Made by a program: the position numbers and the translations under genes. Shown here in pieces: positions 17,495 through 27,205 of a stretch of DNA of 64,000 nucleotides (positions are counted from its first letter, which is position 1; every line of letters begins with the position of its first letter). Under the pieces are notes generated by a model, which had not been told where the DNA came from, did not search any database, and was given only the letters and a program-made list of their open reading frames with translations. Location: contig CAVONI010000011.1 in NCBI GenBank assembly GCA_963697285.1, positions 1,476,697-1,540,696 of the forward strand, written 5' to 3'. This DNA is from an uncultured Acidobacteriota bacterium (GTDB lineage Bacteria > Acidobacteriota > Vicinamibacteria > Vicinamibacterales > JAFNAJ01).

Positions 17495-19666
17495 CTACTT
17501 GAACTGACGGGTGAAGAAGGCCTCGATGGCGCCGTTCACGCGGAGCTGGTTCGCGTAGCGCATCCAGTGGTGCGTATCGTCGACAATGACGAGTTCCTCG
17601 AACGGCACGTGCTGCGCTTCGAGGCGCCGCGCAAGATCGACGGTCTGGCTGAAGCGCACGTTGCGGTCGTCATCGCCGTGGATGAGCAGCACGGGCGAGC
17701 GCCAGGTCGGCACAGATGATACCGGCGACGACGACCACGCGACCTCGAGCGCCCTCGCGCGATCGTTCGGCTCGAGTGCTGTGCGTGCCAGCGCCGCCTG
17801 CAGCGCGGCGCCCGCTCCCGAGTCGGCGGCCGTGAAGTCGTGCACACCGTGGATATCGACGCCGGCCGCGAAGATCGCGGAGTCACGCCCCAGCGCAAGC
17901 GCCGTGAGGAATCCGCCGTACGATCCGCCGTAGATGCCGACGCGCGCCGGGTCGACCTGCGCGAGCGAACGTAAGTACAACCCCGCCGCCTTCACGTCGC
18001 GATACTCCGATGCGCCCTGCGCTCCGGCGTCTCGCGGGCGGTGAAACGCATATCCATACCCGATGCCGAGGCGATAGTTGATCGACAACACCACGAAGCC
18101 GCGACTCGCCAGATACTGGTTCATCGCGTAGGCGTTGGCGTAGTAGTCCGAGTAGTTCCAACCGAGCAGCATCTGCCTCGGCGGCCCGCCGTGCACGTAC
18201 ACGATGGCCGGACGTTTCGCACTGCTGCCCACCGGCACGTCGAACAACTGCGCGTGCACCACCACGCCGTCCTCGGCCGTGTAACTCACGGCCCGCGGCA
18301 CGACGAGCCGCGCAGCCGGGAAACCTGCGGGGATGCGATCGGACGCGAGCAGGCGCTCGCCGCCACCGCCCAGAGGACGGACGGCCACCTGCGGCGGTCG
18401 CTGCGCCGTCGCCGAGATGTAGACCAGCCACTGCCCATCGCCGGTCACCACCGGCGACCACTCGAGTCCTGTCCCGGGGGTCAGCACCTCGGGCGCCGTG
18501 CGCTCGACACTGGCACGCACGACGTGACGCCGGTGGAGGTCCAGCGCGTCGGGACCGGTGTTCGCCGCGAACACCACCTCACGGCCACCGGGGACAAGCC
18601 TGACGTGTTCGGCCATGTAGTTCCCAGGTGTCAGCAACCCCGCCGCCCCCCCGCCTGCACCCACGGCGTAGAGATGCGGCCACCCGTCCTCGTACGACAG
18701 GAAGACGATGCGATCGCCAGACGCCCACTGCAGGTTCGTGGTGCCGTGCGTCGTTGGCACGGATCCCTGCAACGTCTCTGGTGCCTTCCACACCTGGCGT
18801 CCTGCGCCGGTCGACACATCGGCAACCCAGATGGCCCATGGCTGGTGTCGGGGCTCGAGGACGGATGCGGGTGCGCCACCAACGCCAGGACGCCGCACGA
18901 AGGCGACGCGCGTACCGTCGCCAGACCAGCGTGGGCTGCCGTCGCGCGACGTGCTCGGCGCAAGCCATGTGATTGGCGACTGCGCATCCCGATACACGCC
19001 CACGAACGCGTGATCGCCGCGATTCGACACGAAGGCGAGCGCCCGCCCGTCGGGCGACCATCGCGCATCGGCACTGGTGCCGTGCGCGGCGAGCACGCGC
19101 GTCGCCGGAGCGGAACCGTCGATGGGCGCCATCCAGATCTGGCGATCGCGCTCGATCGCCACGACATCCGACCTGGGGGAGATCACCGGTGCGTCGCCGG
19201 CACCGAGCGGCCGCGGATCGCCACCGGTGAACGGCACCGTCCACACGCCCACTTCGGGCGGCAACGGCGCGCCGCCTGGATTCACCGGCAGCCCATCGTC
19301 CCAGTTGGACCCGTGGTCACCGCCGCGCACGTACACGACGTGGCGGCCGTCGGCCGACAACGACACCGACGTCAGTTCCTGCCCATCGTCGGCGGAATAG
19401 CTGGTGAGCCGGCGGGCCACCCATTCGGGCGCCTCGGCCACCCACACGTTGCGGATGCCCTGCTCGTTCATCGCCCACGCGATGCGGCTGCCGGTCGCGG
19501 CGGCGGTGAGCTCGTTCGGGAACGGATAGCTCCGGACCTGTTCGAGCGTGAACGCGGGAGCGCTGCCATCCACCTGCGCCGCCGCGGGGGCGATGGCTAC
19601 GAGGATGGTAGCGGCGAAGATCCCGATGGTGGCGGTTGCGCGCCGAATCACGAACGACGTTCCCAT
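17495..19666 (-). CDS. S9-family serine peptidase (prolyl oligopeptidase/acylaminoacyl peptidase type) with N-terminal beta-propeller
   Basis: Internal ATG at 19666 with GGAGG upstream and signal peptide MGTSFVIRRATATIGIFAATILVAIAPAAAQ. Nucleophile motif GGSYGGFLT, with late HGDDD and DDTHHW blocks. Confidence 0.85.
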   Translation of the reverse strand: MGTSFVIRRATATIGIFAATILVAIAPAAAQVDGSAPAFTLEQVRSYPFPNELTAAATGSRIAWAMNEQGIRNVWVAEAPEWVARRLTSYSADDGQELTSVSLSADGRHVVYVRGGDHGSNWDDGLPVNPGGAPLPPEVGVWTVPFTGGDPRPLGAGDAPVISPRSDVVAIERDRQIWMAPIDGSAPATRVLAAHGTSADARWSPDGRALAFVSNRGDHAFVGVYRDAQSPITWLAPSTSRDGSPRWSGDGTRVAFVRRPGVGGAPASVLEPRHQPWAIWVADVSTGAGRQVWKAPETLQGSVPTTHGTTNLQWASGDRIVFLSYEDGWPHLYAVGAGGGAAGLLTPGNYMAEHVRLVPGGREVVFAANTGPDALDLHRRHVVRASVERTAPEVLTPGTGLEWSPVVTGDGQWLVYISATAQRPPQVAVRPLGGGGERLLASDRIPAGFPAARLVVPRAVSYTAEDGVVVHAQLFDVPVGSSAKRPAIVYVHGGPPRQMLLGWNYSDYYANAYAMNQYLASRGFVVLSINYRLGIGYGYAFHRPRDAGAQGASEYRDVKAAGLYLRSLAQVDPARVGIYGGSYGGFLTALALGRDSAIFAAGVDIHGVHDFTAADSGAGAALQAALARTALEPNDRARALEVAWSSSPVSSVPTWRSPVLLIHGDDDRNVRFSQTVDLARRLEAQHVPFEELVIVDDTHHWMRYANQLRVNGAIEAFFTRQFK

Positions 19667-19780
19667 GTGAGGCCTCCGAAACCGCGAGCATCCTGCCACG
19701 ACGAGGCGCAGGTGTCACGCGAGTGACGGGGCGCGGGAGGCCGCCTGCACGACGGTGCCTCTGGATGGAGCGCACACTAC

Positions 19781-19823
19781 GGGGTCAGGTCTTGAAAAAT
19801 GCGATAAAGAAAGACGTGACCCC
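19781..19823 (+). repeat. 43-bp AT-loop palindromic element, copy A
   Basis: Sequence GGGGTCAGGTCTTGAAAAATGCGATAAAGAAAGACGTGACCCC. Arms GGGGTCAGGTCTT/AAGACGTGACCCC have one mismatch. It abuts the ROK gene stop (TAA at 19826-19828). Confidence 0.85.
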
Positions 19824-19825
19824 TT

Positions 19826-20836
19826 TTAGGCCTGGCGCAGCAGTTGCCAGGCGTTCACGGCGGCGCCGCGAGCGCCGGCGGCATCGCCGTTGGGCATGAT
19901 GACGATGGGGATGCGCGCCTGCTCCTCGCGCTGCGGCGGCATGCCGCGACGCACCTCGTCGATGAACCACTGGCGGAACGCCTCGCTCGCCTCGACGGCG
20001 CCGCCGCCAATCACGAGGCCGTCGGGATCCAACAGGTTCACCACCTGGTCGAAGAACAGCCCGAGAGCGTGCGCCTGCACGCGGAAGATCTCGCGGCACA
20101 TGGCGTCGCCGCGATCGGCCATGCCTCGCACCCGCCTGGCCGCCGCCTGCAGACTCTCGCGATGGAGTTCGTGATCGGGATACCGGGCCAGGAACCAGGG
20201 CAGCAGGTTCCTTTCGATGGCCGTCAGCGAGCACAGCGACTCGAGGTCACCTGTGCGGCCGCAGTTGCACCGTGGCAGCACGCCCTCGATGCCGGCGATG
20301 CCCGTGTACGGCAGCAGCACGTGCCCGACTTCCCCACCAAACCCGTTGATCCCCTTCACCACGTCGCGACCGATGACGATCCCGCCACCAAGGCCTGTTC
20401 CGATGACGACCGACACCGAGGTCGAATGCGCTGCAGCCTCGCCGAACAGGATGAAGTGCCCCCACAAGGCCGCCGCGTTGCCGTCGTTGAGGTACGACAC
20501 GGGCCTGCCGAGCGCGCGTTCTACCGCGCCGCGCAAGTCGAACCCGGCCCACAGCGAATGCTCGAAGTTGGTCGAGCCCTCCGCGCTCAGCACTCCGTCG
20601 GCGCTCGCCGGGCCGGGTGTGTCGAGGCCGACGGCCACGACATCCTCGACCGTGGCACCCACGCGTGCAAGCGCGGCCGCGAGCCCGTCGTGAATCTGAC
20701 CGACGCACACGGCAGGCCCCCTTTGCGCCAGCGCCGGGTACTCGTGGAGTCCGTCGATCAGGAAATTGCCTTGCTCGTCGAGCAGTGTGTAGTTGACGGC
20801 TGTGCCGCCGACGTCGATTCCGGCTACGAGTCTCAT
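19826..20836 (-). CDS. ROK-family sugar kinase (glucokinase-like)
   Basis: Start at the internal ATG (MRLVAGIDVGGT). ROK zinc motif CNCGRTGDLESLC and DxGxT ATPase fold blocks are present. Confidence 0.8.
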   Translation of the reverse strand: MRLVAGIDVGGTAVNYTLLDEQGNFLIDGLHEYPALAQRGPAVCVGQIHDGLAAALARVGATVEDVVAVGLDTPGPASADGVLSAEGSTNFEHSLWAGFDLRGAVERALGRPVSYLNDGNAAALWGHFILFGEAAAHSTSVSVVIGTGLGGGIVIGRDVVKGINGFGGEVGHVLLPYTGIAGIEGVLPRCNCGRTGDLESLCSLTAIERNLLPWFLARYPDHELHRESLQAAARRVRGMADRGDAMCREIFRVQAHALGLFFDQVVNLLDPDGLVIGGGAVEASEAFRQWFIDEVRRGMPPQREEQARIPIVIMPNGDAAGARGAAVNAWQLLRQA

Positions 20837-20893
20837 CCGGGCATTGTACGAGGGCTTCGTCCCGGGACCGCAGGCCGAAGGCACGGGGCCGCA

Positions 20894-20946
20894 GACAGGG
20901 CCAGGCGCCGGGACAGGGCCAGGCGCAGGACAGGGTCCAGGTGCCG
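20894..20946. repeat. Tandem repeat, three copies of 17-18 bp (GACAGGGCCAGGCGCCGG)
   Basis: Copies GACAGGGCCAGGCGCCGG, GACAGGGCCAGGCGCAG and GACAGGGTCCAGGTGCCG. They lie in the divergent intergenic region between the ROK kinase and ferredoxin genes. Confidence 0.75.
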
Positions 20947-20957
20947 GACCGCCAGAT

Positions 20958-20985
20958 GCAGGGGCCGCACCCCAGTGCGGCCCGG
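20958..20985. repeat. GC-rich REP hairpin
   Basis: Sequence GCAGGGGCCGCACCCCAGTGCGGCCCGG, with a 9-bp stem GGGCCGCAC/GTGCGGCCC. Confidence 0.8.
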
Positions 20986-21027
20986 ACTCCCGGTGGCCGA
21001 ACACCGCCAACGATCACATACTGTGGT

Positions 21028-21339
21028 ATGTCCTCAACCGACCTCTCGATGCTGGAGCGGCACGTGCTCTTCTGCCACGGCTCCGACTGCAAGGATCGTG
21101 GTGCCGCGAAGTCGACCGACGCCGTGCGCGAGGCGATCGACGATCGACGCCTCGACGACAGGGTGCTGACCACGCGCACACGTTGCCTCGGGCTGTGCGC
21201 CTACGGGCCGATCGTTGTGGTCTATCCCGAGGGGATCTGGTACGGCGACGTCGGCGCGAAGGCCGGGCGGAAGATCGTCGAGCAGCACCTGCAGGACGGC
21301 GTGCCCGTCGACGACCACGTGATTCACCGGATGCGGTAG
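21028..21339 (+). CDS. Thioredoxin-like [2Fe-2S] ferredoxin
   Basis: Internal ATG of ORF 20941..21339. Blocks MSSTDLSMLERHVLFCHGSDCKDRGA...RCLGLCAYGPIVVVYPEGIWYG match the pattern typical of this family. Confidence 0.7.
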   Translation: MSSTDLSMLERHVLFCHGSDCKDRGAAKSTDAVREAIDDRRLDDRVLTTRTRCLGLCAYGPIVVVYPEGIWYGDVGAKAGRKIVEQHLQDGVPVDDHVIHRMR

Positions 21340-21363
21340 CCCGGCCGGACGAAGCCCCGGCGC

Positions 21364-21406
21364 GGTGCCAGGTCTTGAAAAATGCGGCAAAGAAAGACGT
21401 GACCCC
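21364..21406 (+). repeat. 43-bp AT-loop palindromic element, copy B
   Basis: Sequence GGTGCCAGGTCTTGAAAAATGCGGCAAAGAAAGACGTGACCCC, between convergent genes. Its last C is the first base of the VWA gene stop (CTA = TAG on the minus strand). Confidence 0.85.
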
Positions 21407-22368
21407 TAGCGGATTGTTGATACCGGCGGCGTCGGGGGCACGCGCGCGAGGACGGTCACGCCTTCGAGCATGACGCCCACCTGGAGGTTCTTTGGCCGCC
21501 GTCCCACGGCGGTCGTCGAGGAGTACGACAGCTTGTAGGCGTTCCGCAGCCGAGAGATCACGCGCGTCAGTGCAGGACCCGTGGCTTCCACGCTCGACAC
21601 GCGCTCGAGGTGCCCGCCGGTCTGCGTCGTGCCCTGCTGGAGCATCTGTGTCAACTCGCGGTCACCCTCGCCCTGCGACTGCAGCTGGTTCATGCGCTCG
21701 CGCGACTGGGTGAACCCCGCCTCGCCACGCGCCGTCGTTGCGGCCGTGCCCGACAGCGCCTTGATCGCCACCGCGTGAAAAGAGGCCCCACCGCTCACGA
21801 GGGACTTGATGGCCTTGCCCGCCGTGATGGCGCTCACCTCGGTACCGGTGGTCGTCACGGCGACGATGACCGGTACGGCCGCACCCGCGGCAGCGAGATC
21901 CCTGGCCGCCATGTCGACGGCATCGATCAGCCTGGGCAGGTTCGCGTTCGTGAACAGCCTGTTGATCGCGGCCTTCAGGAACGCCGGCTCGCGGACGAAA
22001 CTCGTCACGCGCTCCGCGCGCTCGCCGAACGAGTAGATGGCCATGCGATGGTCGGGGCCCATCGCGTCAACGAATGCCGACGCGGCGGCCTGCACGGCCG
22101 GCAGTCCGTCGGCGAGGCTGCCGCCCGTGTCGATGAGGAGCGCGACATGCATCGGCTCGGCCAGCACGGTCACGCCCAGCACCTCGCGATCGCGGCCGTC
22201 TTCGCGCACCGCGAAGTGCTCGGGCGTCATGCCGGTCACCGGCATGCCATCGGCGTCGAGCACCGTGACGAAGACGTCGTGGCTTCGGGCTTGTGCGTTC
22301 GCGTCGGCAGACGCCGCGGCGAGACAGCACGCGGTGACGAACAGGAGCGCCATCGACGATCGGATCAT
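21406..22368 (-). CDS. Secreted VWA-domain protein
   Basis: Signal peptide MIRSSMALLFVTACCLAAASADANA, then a VWA-like block HVALLIDTGGS. Family assignment is by pattern recall only. Confidence 0.65.
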   Translation of the reverse strand: MIRSSMALLFVTACCLAAASADANAQARSHDVFVTVLDADGMPVTGMTPEHFAVREDGRDREVLGVTVLAEPMHVALLIDTGGSLADGLPAVQAAASAFVDAMGPDHRMAIYSFGERAERVTSFVREPAFLKAAINRLFTNANLPRLIDAVDMAARDLAAAGAAVPVIVAVTTTGTEVSAITAGKAIKSLVSGGASFHAVAIKALSGTAATTARGEAGFTQSRERMNQLQSQGEGDRELTQMLQQGTTQTGGHLERVSSVEATGPALTRVISRLRNAYKLSYSSTTAVGRRPKNLQVGVMLEGVTVLARVPPTPPVSTIR

Positions 22369-22423
22369 GCGCTTATCTTGCTCCGGTCGCCGATGTTTGG
22401 CTACTCCGACACCTCAGCGGCGC

Positions 22424-24649
22424 CTACGCCCAGCTGAAACCGTGTTTCGCGAGCGGCAGCGAGCGGATGCGCGTCCCGGTCGCCGCGAAGATCGCATTGC
22501 ACAGGGCCGGCAGCGCCGGCGGCAGCGCCGGCTCACCGATGCCGGTCGGCGAGTTGTCCGACGTGATGAACACGACCTCGATCGCGGGCGGCGCCTCGTT
22601 GTGCCTGACGAGTTCGAAGTCGTGGAAGTTGCTCTGGACGACGCGCCCGCGGTCGAAGGTGATCTCGGCGCTCATCGCGTGGCTCATGCCGTCGATCACC
22701 GCGCCCTGCGACTGGTTCACGGCGCTGCTGGGATTGATGATCTGCCTGCCCACATCGCCGACCACCCACACCTTTTCGACCTTGACCTTCTTCGAGGCAT
22801 CGACACTCACCTTCGCCACCTCGGCGAAGTAGCCGCGATGGCTGAACTGGAACGCAATGCCCATCCCCACGCCGGCGGTGCGCGTCTGCGTGTACCACCC
22901 GGAGATCTCGGCCACGCGCGCGACGACGTCGCGCATGCGCTTCGGCTCGAACTGCAGCTTCGGCGCGTTCGGCGCCGCAGCGCCCGCGATGGCCGCATCG
23001 AGCAGATCGACGCGGAACGTCGCGGGATCGATCCCGCCCGCGAGTGCCACCTCGTCGAGGAACGACTGGAACGCCCAGCAGAACGCGTTGCTGCGAGGGG
23101 CCCGCAACGCATAGGTCGGAATGCCCGTCGGGATGAGCGACGCGTGAAACCCGTAGTTGGGCACGAACGCCGCCGGGAACTCCTCCGGCGTGATGTTGGC
23201 CGACGGGGCGAACTGCTCACCCTCACCGAAGCTGACGAAGTGATTGCGCCAGGCGATCATGCGTCCGTCGCCGTCGATGCCGGCCTTCAGGAAGTGGAAG
23301 CCACCGGGCCGATAGTGATCGTGCTGCATGTCGTCTTCGCGCGACCACAGCACCTTCACGGGGGTGCCACCCATCTCGCGGGCGATCCACGCGGCCTCGA
23401 GCATGTAGTCGTTCGTCAGGCGTCGCCCGAACCCTCCACCGGCCCGCATCAGGTGGACGGTGATGCTCTCGGCCGGGAGGCCGAGCAGCTTCGACACCTG
23501 GGCGCGGCCGGCCTCGGGTGTCTGGCTCGGCGCCCAGATCTCGAGCTTGCCGTCCTTGAACTGCGCGGTGCAGTTCTGCGGTTCGAGCGGGGCGTGCGCG
23601 ATGAACGGATAGACGTAGTTGGCTTCGACGACCTTCGTCGCACCGGCGAGCGCTGCGTTGACGTCACCGTCAGCGCGCAACGTGAACACGGGCGGCTTCG
23701 ACGCGAGTTCCTGCGCTTTCTTCGCGATCCCCTCGCTGCTCTCCGCGGCGGTGGGTCCCTCGTCCCACTCGACCTTCAGCTTCTCGCGCGCCGACTGTGC
23801 GGCCCACCAGTGGTCGGCGACGATGGCCACGCCGCCGTGCAGGCCGAGCAGTTCCTTCGTGCCCTCGACGATGAACGCGCGGCGCACGCCGGGCAGGGTG
23901 CGGATCAGGTCGAGGTTCGCGGCGCGGACGCGTCCGGCGAAGACGGGGCACTTCTCGTAGGCGGCCCACAGCATGCCGGGCAGCGTGAAGTCGATGCTGT
24001 AGGTCGGCTTGCCCGTCACGATGCGGGGATTGTCGACACCGGGTGTGAAGGTGCCGATGATGCGGTAATCCGCCGGCGCCTTGAAGACGACGGTCGCGAG
24101 GTCGGGCGCGGGCAACGCCGCGACCGCCGACGCGAGCGCGCCGTAGCCGAGCGTGCGGTTCGACGCGGCGTGCCGCACTTCGCCGTGCGCCGTCTGGCAC
24201 TCCGAGGCGGGCACGTTCCACTGGGCCGCCGCGGCCGCGACGAACATCTGCCGTCCGGCAGCGCCGACACGGCGGAGCGGATCCCAGTTGGTCGGCGTTG
24301 CGGTGCTGCCGCCGGCGCGCTGCGGACCGTACGTGGCCTCGTCGAGGCTGGCCTGCTCGACGCTCACGCGCGCCCAGTCGACATCCAGTTCCTCGGCGAT
24401 CAGCATGGGCAGCATGGTCTTGATCCCCTGCCCGATCTCCGGGTTCTTGGCCATGATGGTGACCCGGCCATCGGCCGCGACCTTGATGAACGCCTGCGGC
24501 GTCAACTGCGGGGGCGTCGCGCGGGGCGCGGGCTGCTGGGCCGCGAACAGGTCATCGGAGTACCACGCGAGCATCACGCCGCCGCCCGCGAGGGCCGAGG
24601 CGCGAAGGAACGATCGGCGACTGAGATCAACGGACGCCATGGCGCGCAT
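22424..24649 (-). CDS. Molybdopterin-binding subunit of an IorB/aldehyde oxidase-type oxidoreductase (xanthine dehydrogenase family)
   Basis: Internal start [24 protein letters not shown] (TAT signal), overlapping the small-subunit stop by one base (ATGA). Long conserved XDH-family blocks follow. This is the in-frame part of ORF 22424..25264. Confidence 0.9.
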   Translation of the reverse strand: MRAMASVDLSRRSFLRASALAGGGVMLAWYSDDLFAAQQPAPRATPPQLTPQAFIKVAADGRVTIMAKNPEIGQGIKTMLPMLIAEELDVDWARVSVEQASLDEATYGPQRAGGSTATPTNWDPLRRVGAAGRQMFVAAAAAQWNVPASECQTAHGEVRHAASNRTLGYGALASAVAALPAPDLATVVFKAPADYRIIGTFTPGVDNPRIVTGKPTYSIDFTLPGMLWAAYEKCPVFAGRVRAANLDLIRTLPGVRRAFIVEGTKELLGLHGGVAIVADHWWAAQSAREKLKVEWDEGPTAAESSEGIAKKAQELASKPPVFTLRADGDVNAALAGATKVVEANYVYPFIAHAPLEPQNCTAQFKDGKLEIWAPSQTPEAGRAQVSKLLGLPAESITVHLMRAGGGFGRRLTNDYMLEAAWIAREMGGTPVKVLWSREDDMQHDHYRPGGFHFLKAGIDGDGRMIAWRNHFVSFGEGEQFAPSANITPEEFPAAFVPNYGFHASLIPTGIPTYALRAPRSNAFCWAFQSFLDEVALAGGIDPATFRVDLLDAAIAGAAAPNAPKLQFEPKRMRDVVARVAEISGWYTQTRTAGVGMGIAFQFSHRGYFAEVAKVSVDASKKVKVEKVWVVGDVGRQIINPSSAVNQSQGAVIDGMSHAMSAEITFDRGRVVQSNFHDFELVRHNEAPPAIEVVFITSDNSPTGIGEPALPPALPALCNAIFAATGTRIRSLPLAKHGFSWA

Positions 24650-25158
24650 CACCGCACCTCCTGCTGTCCGGCCTTTGCACCGCCGGGTATGGGTGAGCCT
24701 TCGGTCGTCATCCCGGCCGCCTTGCGAATGGCCTGGCGGATGCGCAGGTAGGTGCCGCAGCGGCACAGGTTGCCGCTCATCGCGTCGTTGATGTCGGCAT
24801 CGGACGGCGAGGGCTTCTCCTTCAGGAGGGCGACCGCCGACATGATCTGCCCCGCCTGGCAGTAGCCGCATTGCGGAACGTCGAGTTCCTGCCACGCGCG
24901 CTGCACGGGATGCGTGCCATCGGTCGAGATCCCCTCGATCGTCGTGATGGCTGCGGCACCAACATCCGAGGCCGACGTCAGGCACGCGCGCGTCGGCACG
25001 CCGGCGAGGTGCACCGTGCAGGCGCCGCACTGACCCGCACCGCAGCCGAACTTCGTCCCCTTCAGGTTGAGGATGTCGCGCAGGACCCACAGCAGCGGCA
25101 TGTCGTCGGGCACGTCCACCGGTGTGCGTTGTCCGTTCACGGTCCAGGTCGCCTTCAT
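24649..25158 (-). CDS. [2Fe-2S]-binding small subunit (IorA-like)
   Basis: Starts [10 protein letters not shown]. Motifs [21 protein letters not shown] and NLCRCGTY are present. Confidence 0.9.
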   Translation of the reverse strand: MKATWTVNGQRTPVDVPDDMPLLWVLRDILNLKGTKFGCGAGQCGACTVHLAGVPTRACLTSASDVGAAAITTIEGISTDGTHPVQRAWQELDVPQCGYCQAGQIMSAVALLKEKPSPSDADINDAMSGNLCRCGTYLRIRQAIRKAAGMTTEGSPIPGGAKAGQQEVR

Positions 25159-25349
25159 GTGGAACACTCCTGTCACCGGGCGGCACACGTCGCCGCGGCG
25201 GATGCATCGCGATCTCGGAAATCCGGAAAGCGTGAGTGTAGCGCTGGAGGCCGCGCCCGGGCAATCACGACCTGGGCCCGCGGGCGGGGACCGGTGCTCG
25301 GAACGGGGCACTCCGGCCCTGCCATGACGGCGACCGCGTGTCGGGCGCC

Positions 25350-25597
25350 GGGTAGGTGATCAGGTGTAGGGGCCGCACCCCTGTGCGGCCCGGGCATGAT
25401 CTGTCACGTGACCACGGGTGTCGCGCGGCGCGGCGGCGCCGTCGGGTATCGCTTCCCGCGGTCGCTCCCTGCATCCCCGCGGACGATGTACACCCACGCC
25501 CGCGTCCACCGACACCCGGCGGCGCTGACGCCGCAGATCGGCGCGAGGTGCAGGTGTTCAGGTGTAGGGGCCGCCCCCCCGTGCGGCCCGGGCATCG
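25350..25597. repeat. Left arm of a long inverted repeat (REP - ~150-bp core - REP)
   Basis: REP hairpins at 25366-25393 and 25564-25592 flank a core (CATGATCTGTCACGTGACCACGGG...GACGCCGCAGATC). The core reappears reverse-complemented at 29479-29666 at roughly 90% identity by eye. Confidence 0.8.
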
Positions 25598-25637
25598 TGC
25601 GGGGGCCGATGAACGGGGCAACCGTCGACCGGTGGCG

Positions 25638-26348
25638 TCAGGCCAGGTAACCCAGGAAGATCGTGTGGTGCGGGCCGCCCTTCTTCAGGCGACCGCGCAC
25701 GCGTTCGACGCCCACGCGAAACCCGGCATACTTCAGGCGCTGCTCGAACCTGCGATCGTCCCATGCCGACCACACCGCAAGGACGCCGCCTGCGCGCAGC
25801 GCCCTGCGCGCGGTCGCCAGGCCGCGATCGGAGTAGAGCCAGGTGTTGGTCGAATCGGTGAAGGCCGTCGGGCCGTTGTCGACGTCGAGCAGGATGGCGT
25901 CGAAGCGTGCTGTGCTCGCGCCGAGCACGCCGGCGACGTCGCCGAGTTCCACGCGCGTGCGCGAATCGTTCAACGGCAGCGCGGCCAGCGATCCCAGCGG
26001 GCCGCGGTTCCACTCCACGACGGCAGGCACGAGTTCGGCAACGACGACCGTGGCCTCCCGGCCAAGCAGGTCGAGCGTCGCGCGCAACGTGAACCCCATC
26101 CCGAGGCCGCCGACGAGCACGTGCGGCGCCTCGAGCGTGCGCGCGTGGGCGCACCCAAACGCCGCGAGCGCTTCCTCGGACCCGTGCATCCGGCTCGACA
26201 TGAGCGGCTTGCCGTTCGCGAGGATGATGAACTCGGTGCTGCGGCGCGTCAGGCTCAGCGTGGTGCCATCCGGCGTCGTCGTCTCGCCGAGTAACTCGAG
26301 CGGCTGCACCCGGTGAGGATACGACACCAGCGGACACCGCGCAGGCAA
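25638..26348 (-). CDS. Spermidine synthase-like SAM-dependent methyltransferase-fold protein
   Basis: Block HVLVGGLGMGFTLRA (glycine-rich SAM/dcSAM loop), then FDAILLDVDNGP. The 236 aa length is typical of SpeE-like proteins. Confidence 0.7.
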   Translation of the reverse strand: MPARCPLVSYPHRVQPLELLGETTTPDGTTLSLTRRSTEFIILANGKPLMSSRMHGSEEALAAFGCAHARTLEAPHVLVGGLGMGFTLRATLDLLGREATVVVAELVPAVVEWNRGPLGSLAALPLNDSRTRVELGDVAGVLGASTARFDAILLDVDNGPTAFTDSTNTWLYSDRGLATARRALRAGGVLAVWSAWDDRRFEQRLKYAGFRVGVERVRGRLKKGGPHHTIFLGYLA

Positions 26349-26521
26349 CCGCTCGTGAGCGCAACCGCTCGTGGCCCGGCACGGCGGGCTGGCTATGCAC
26401 TAATCGCTGGGGATCCTCCCCCTTGCGCCCGTCGTCTCACCCGACGTAGGCTCGTTCCAATCGTCAACAGCCCAGCGCCCGGTGTTCGTCGGTGCGCCGT
26501 GTCTTCCAGGAGGATCTCGTC

Positions 26522-26851
26522 ATGCGAATGCTCAAGTCGCTCGGTATCGTGATGCTGCTCGCCACCGCCCTCGTTTCCAGCAGCGTGCAGGCCGCCGAAG
26601 AAACCTTCAGCGGCACCGTGATGTGTGCGAAGTGCACGCTCAAGAAGGCCGACGCCAAGGAGTGCCAGGACGTGCTGGTCGTGAAGAACGCCAGCGGCCC
26701 CGCCACCGAGCTCTATGTCGTGAAGAACGACGTGTCGAAGACGTTCGGCCACGTGTGCTCCGGCGAGACGCCCGCGACGGTCGTCGGCTCGGTCGCCGAA
26801 CGCGACGGCAAGAAGTGGATCACCGCGTCGAAGATGGACAAGAAGAGCTAG
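26522..26851 (+). CDS. Small secreted Cys-containing protein (hypothetical)
   Basis: GGAGG lies upstream of the internal ATG. Signal peptide MRMLKSLGIVMLLATALVSSSVQA. Mature part has CAKC...C...C (4 Cys) and a Lys-rich tail. Confidence 0.55.
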   Translation: MRMLKSLGIVMLLATALVSSSVQAAEETFSGTVMCAKCTLKKADAKECQDVLVVKNASGPATELYVVKNDVSKTFGHVCSGETPATVVGSVAERDGKKWITASKMDKKS

Positions 26852-26865
26852 CCCGCGGCACGGGC

Positions 26866-27120
26866 CTATCGCTGGTCGGTCGCCAGGGCAGCAAGTTGCT
26901 GGTCGATGGCCGCCAGCTGCCGCGTCAGCATCTCGGCGTACCGGCCCGACGCACGGGCCAGGTCGGCCTCGGTGCGCGCGCGCGCGAGTTGAAGGGATGC
27001 GCGGCGTTGCTCACGGACCTGCTCGTCGGGGGTGAGTGACGTCGCGTCGTGCGACGGCCGGCCGCGCGCGGCGTCCTGCTGCTGCCCCTCGATCGACTTG
27101 CTCTCCCATCCTCGGGCCAT
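26866..27120 (-). CDS. Small hypothetical protein (MARGWESKS... N-terminus, coiled-coil-like)
   Basis: Internal ATG of ORF 26866..27219, 84 aa, charged helical sequence. Called on the strength of the ORF alone. Confidence 0.4.
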   Translation of the reverse strand: MARGWESKSIEGQQQDAARGRPSHDATSLTPDEQVREQRRASLQLARARTEADLARASGRYAEMLTRQLAAIDQQLAALATDQR

Positions 27121-27205
27121 GGAACTCTCCCATTCTCGGACGATGGGAACAGGATACCTCCGCCGAACGAGACGAGCAGGGATCGCGGCGTGCGCACTCG
27201 ACTGT

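Noticed and set aside
20837-21010. N-terminal 58-aa extension of the ROK kinase (PAPGP-rich) implied by ORF 19826..21010
   Set aside because: The extension is encoded by the tandem repeat and a REP hairpin. The canonical ROK N-terminus (MRLVAGIDVGGT) starts at the internal ATG 20836.
22037-24751. 904-aa plus-strand ORF. Similar long shadow ORFs are 18041..19726 (+), 19844..21169 (+), 30322..32379 (-), 35437..37086 (-), 46996..48708 (-), 51673..53883 (+), 15957..17249 (-), 60864..62288 (-) and 63233..64000 (-).
   Set aside because: Each lies antisense to a gene with strong family motifs (XDH-family subunit, S9 peptidase, ROK kinase, membrane protein, TonB receptors, GH43, hypD/E, the CydA partner, enolase family). 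Each has low-complexity R/G/A/P/H composition.
25396-25650. ORFs inside the inverted-repeat arms (25396..25650 +, 25404..25595 -, 29412..29705 +) encoding shared peptides such as GVSAAGCRWTRAWVYIVR..AGSDRGKRYPTAPPR
   Set aside because: The shared peptide is simply the same DNA repeat read in one frame. The differences between the arms (catccccgcgg versus cattcgtgcgg, indels, a 36-bp duplication) show no sign of coding constraint. The ORFs run through REP hairpins.
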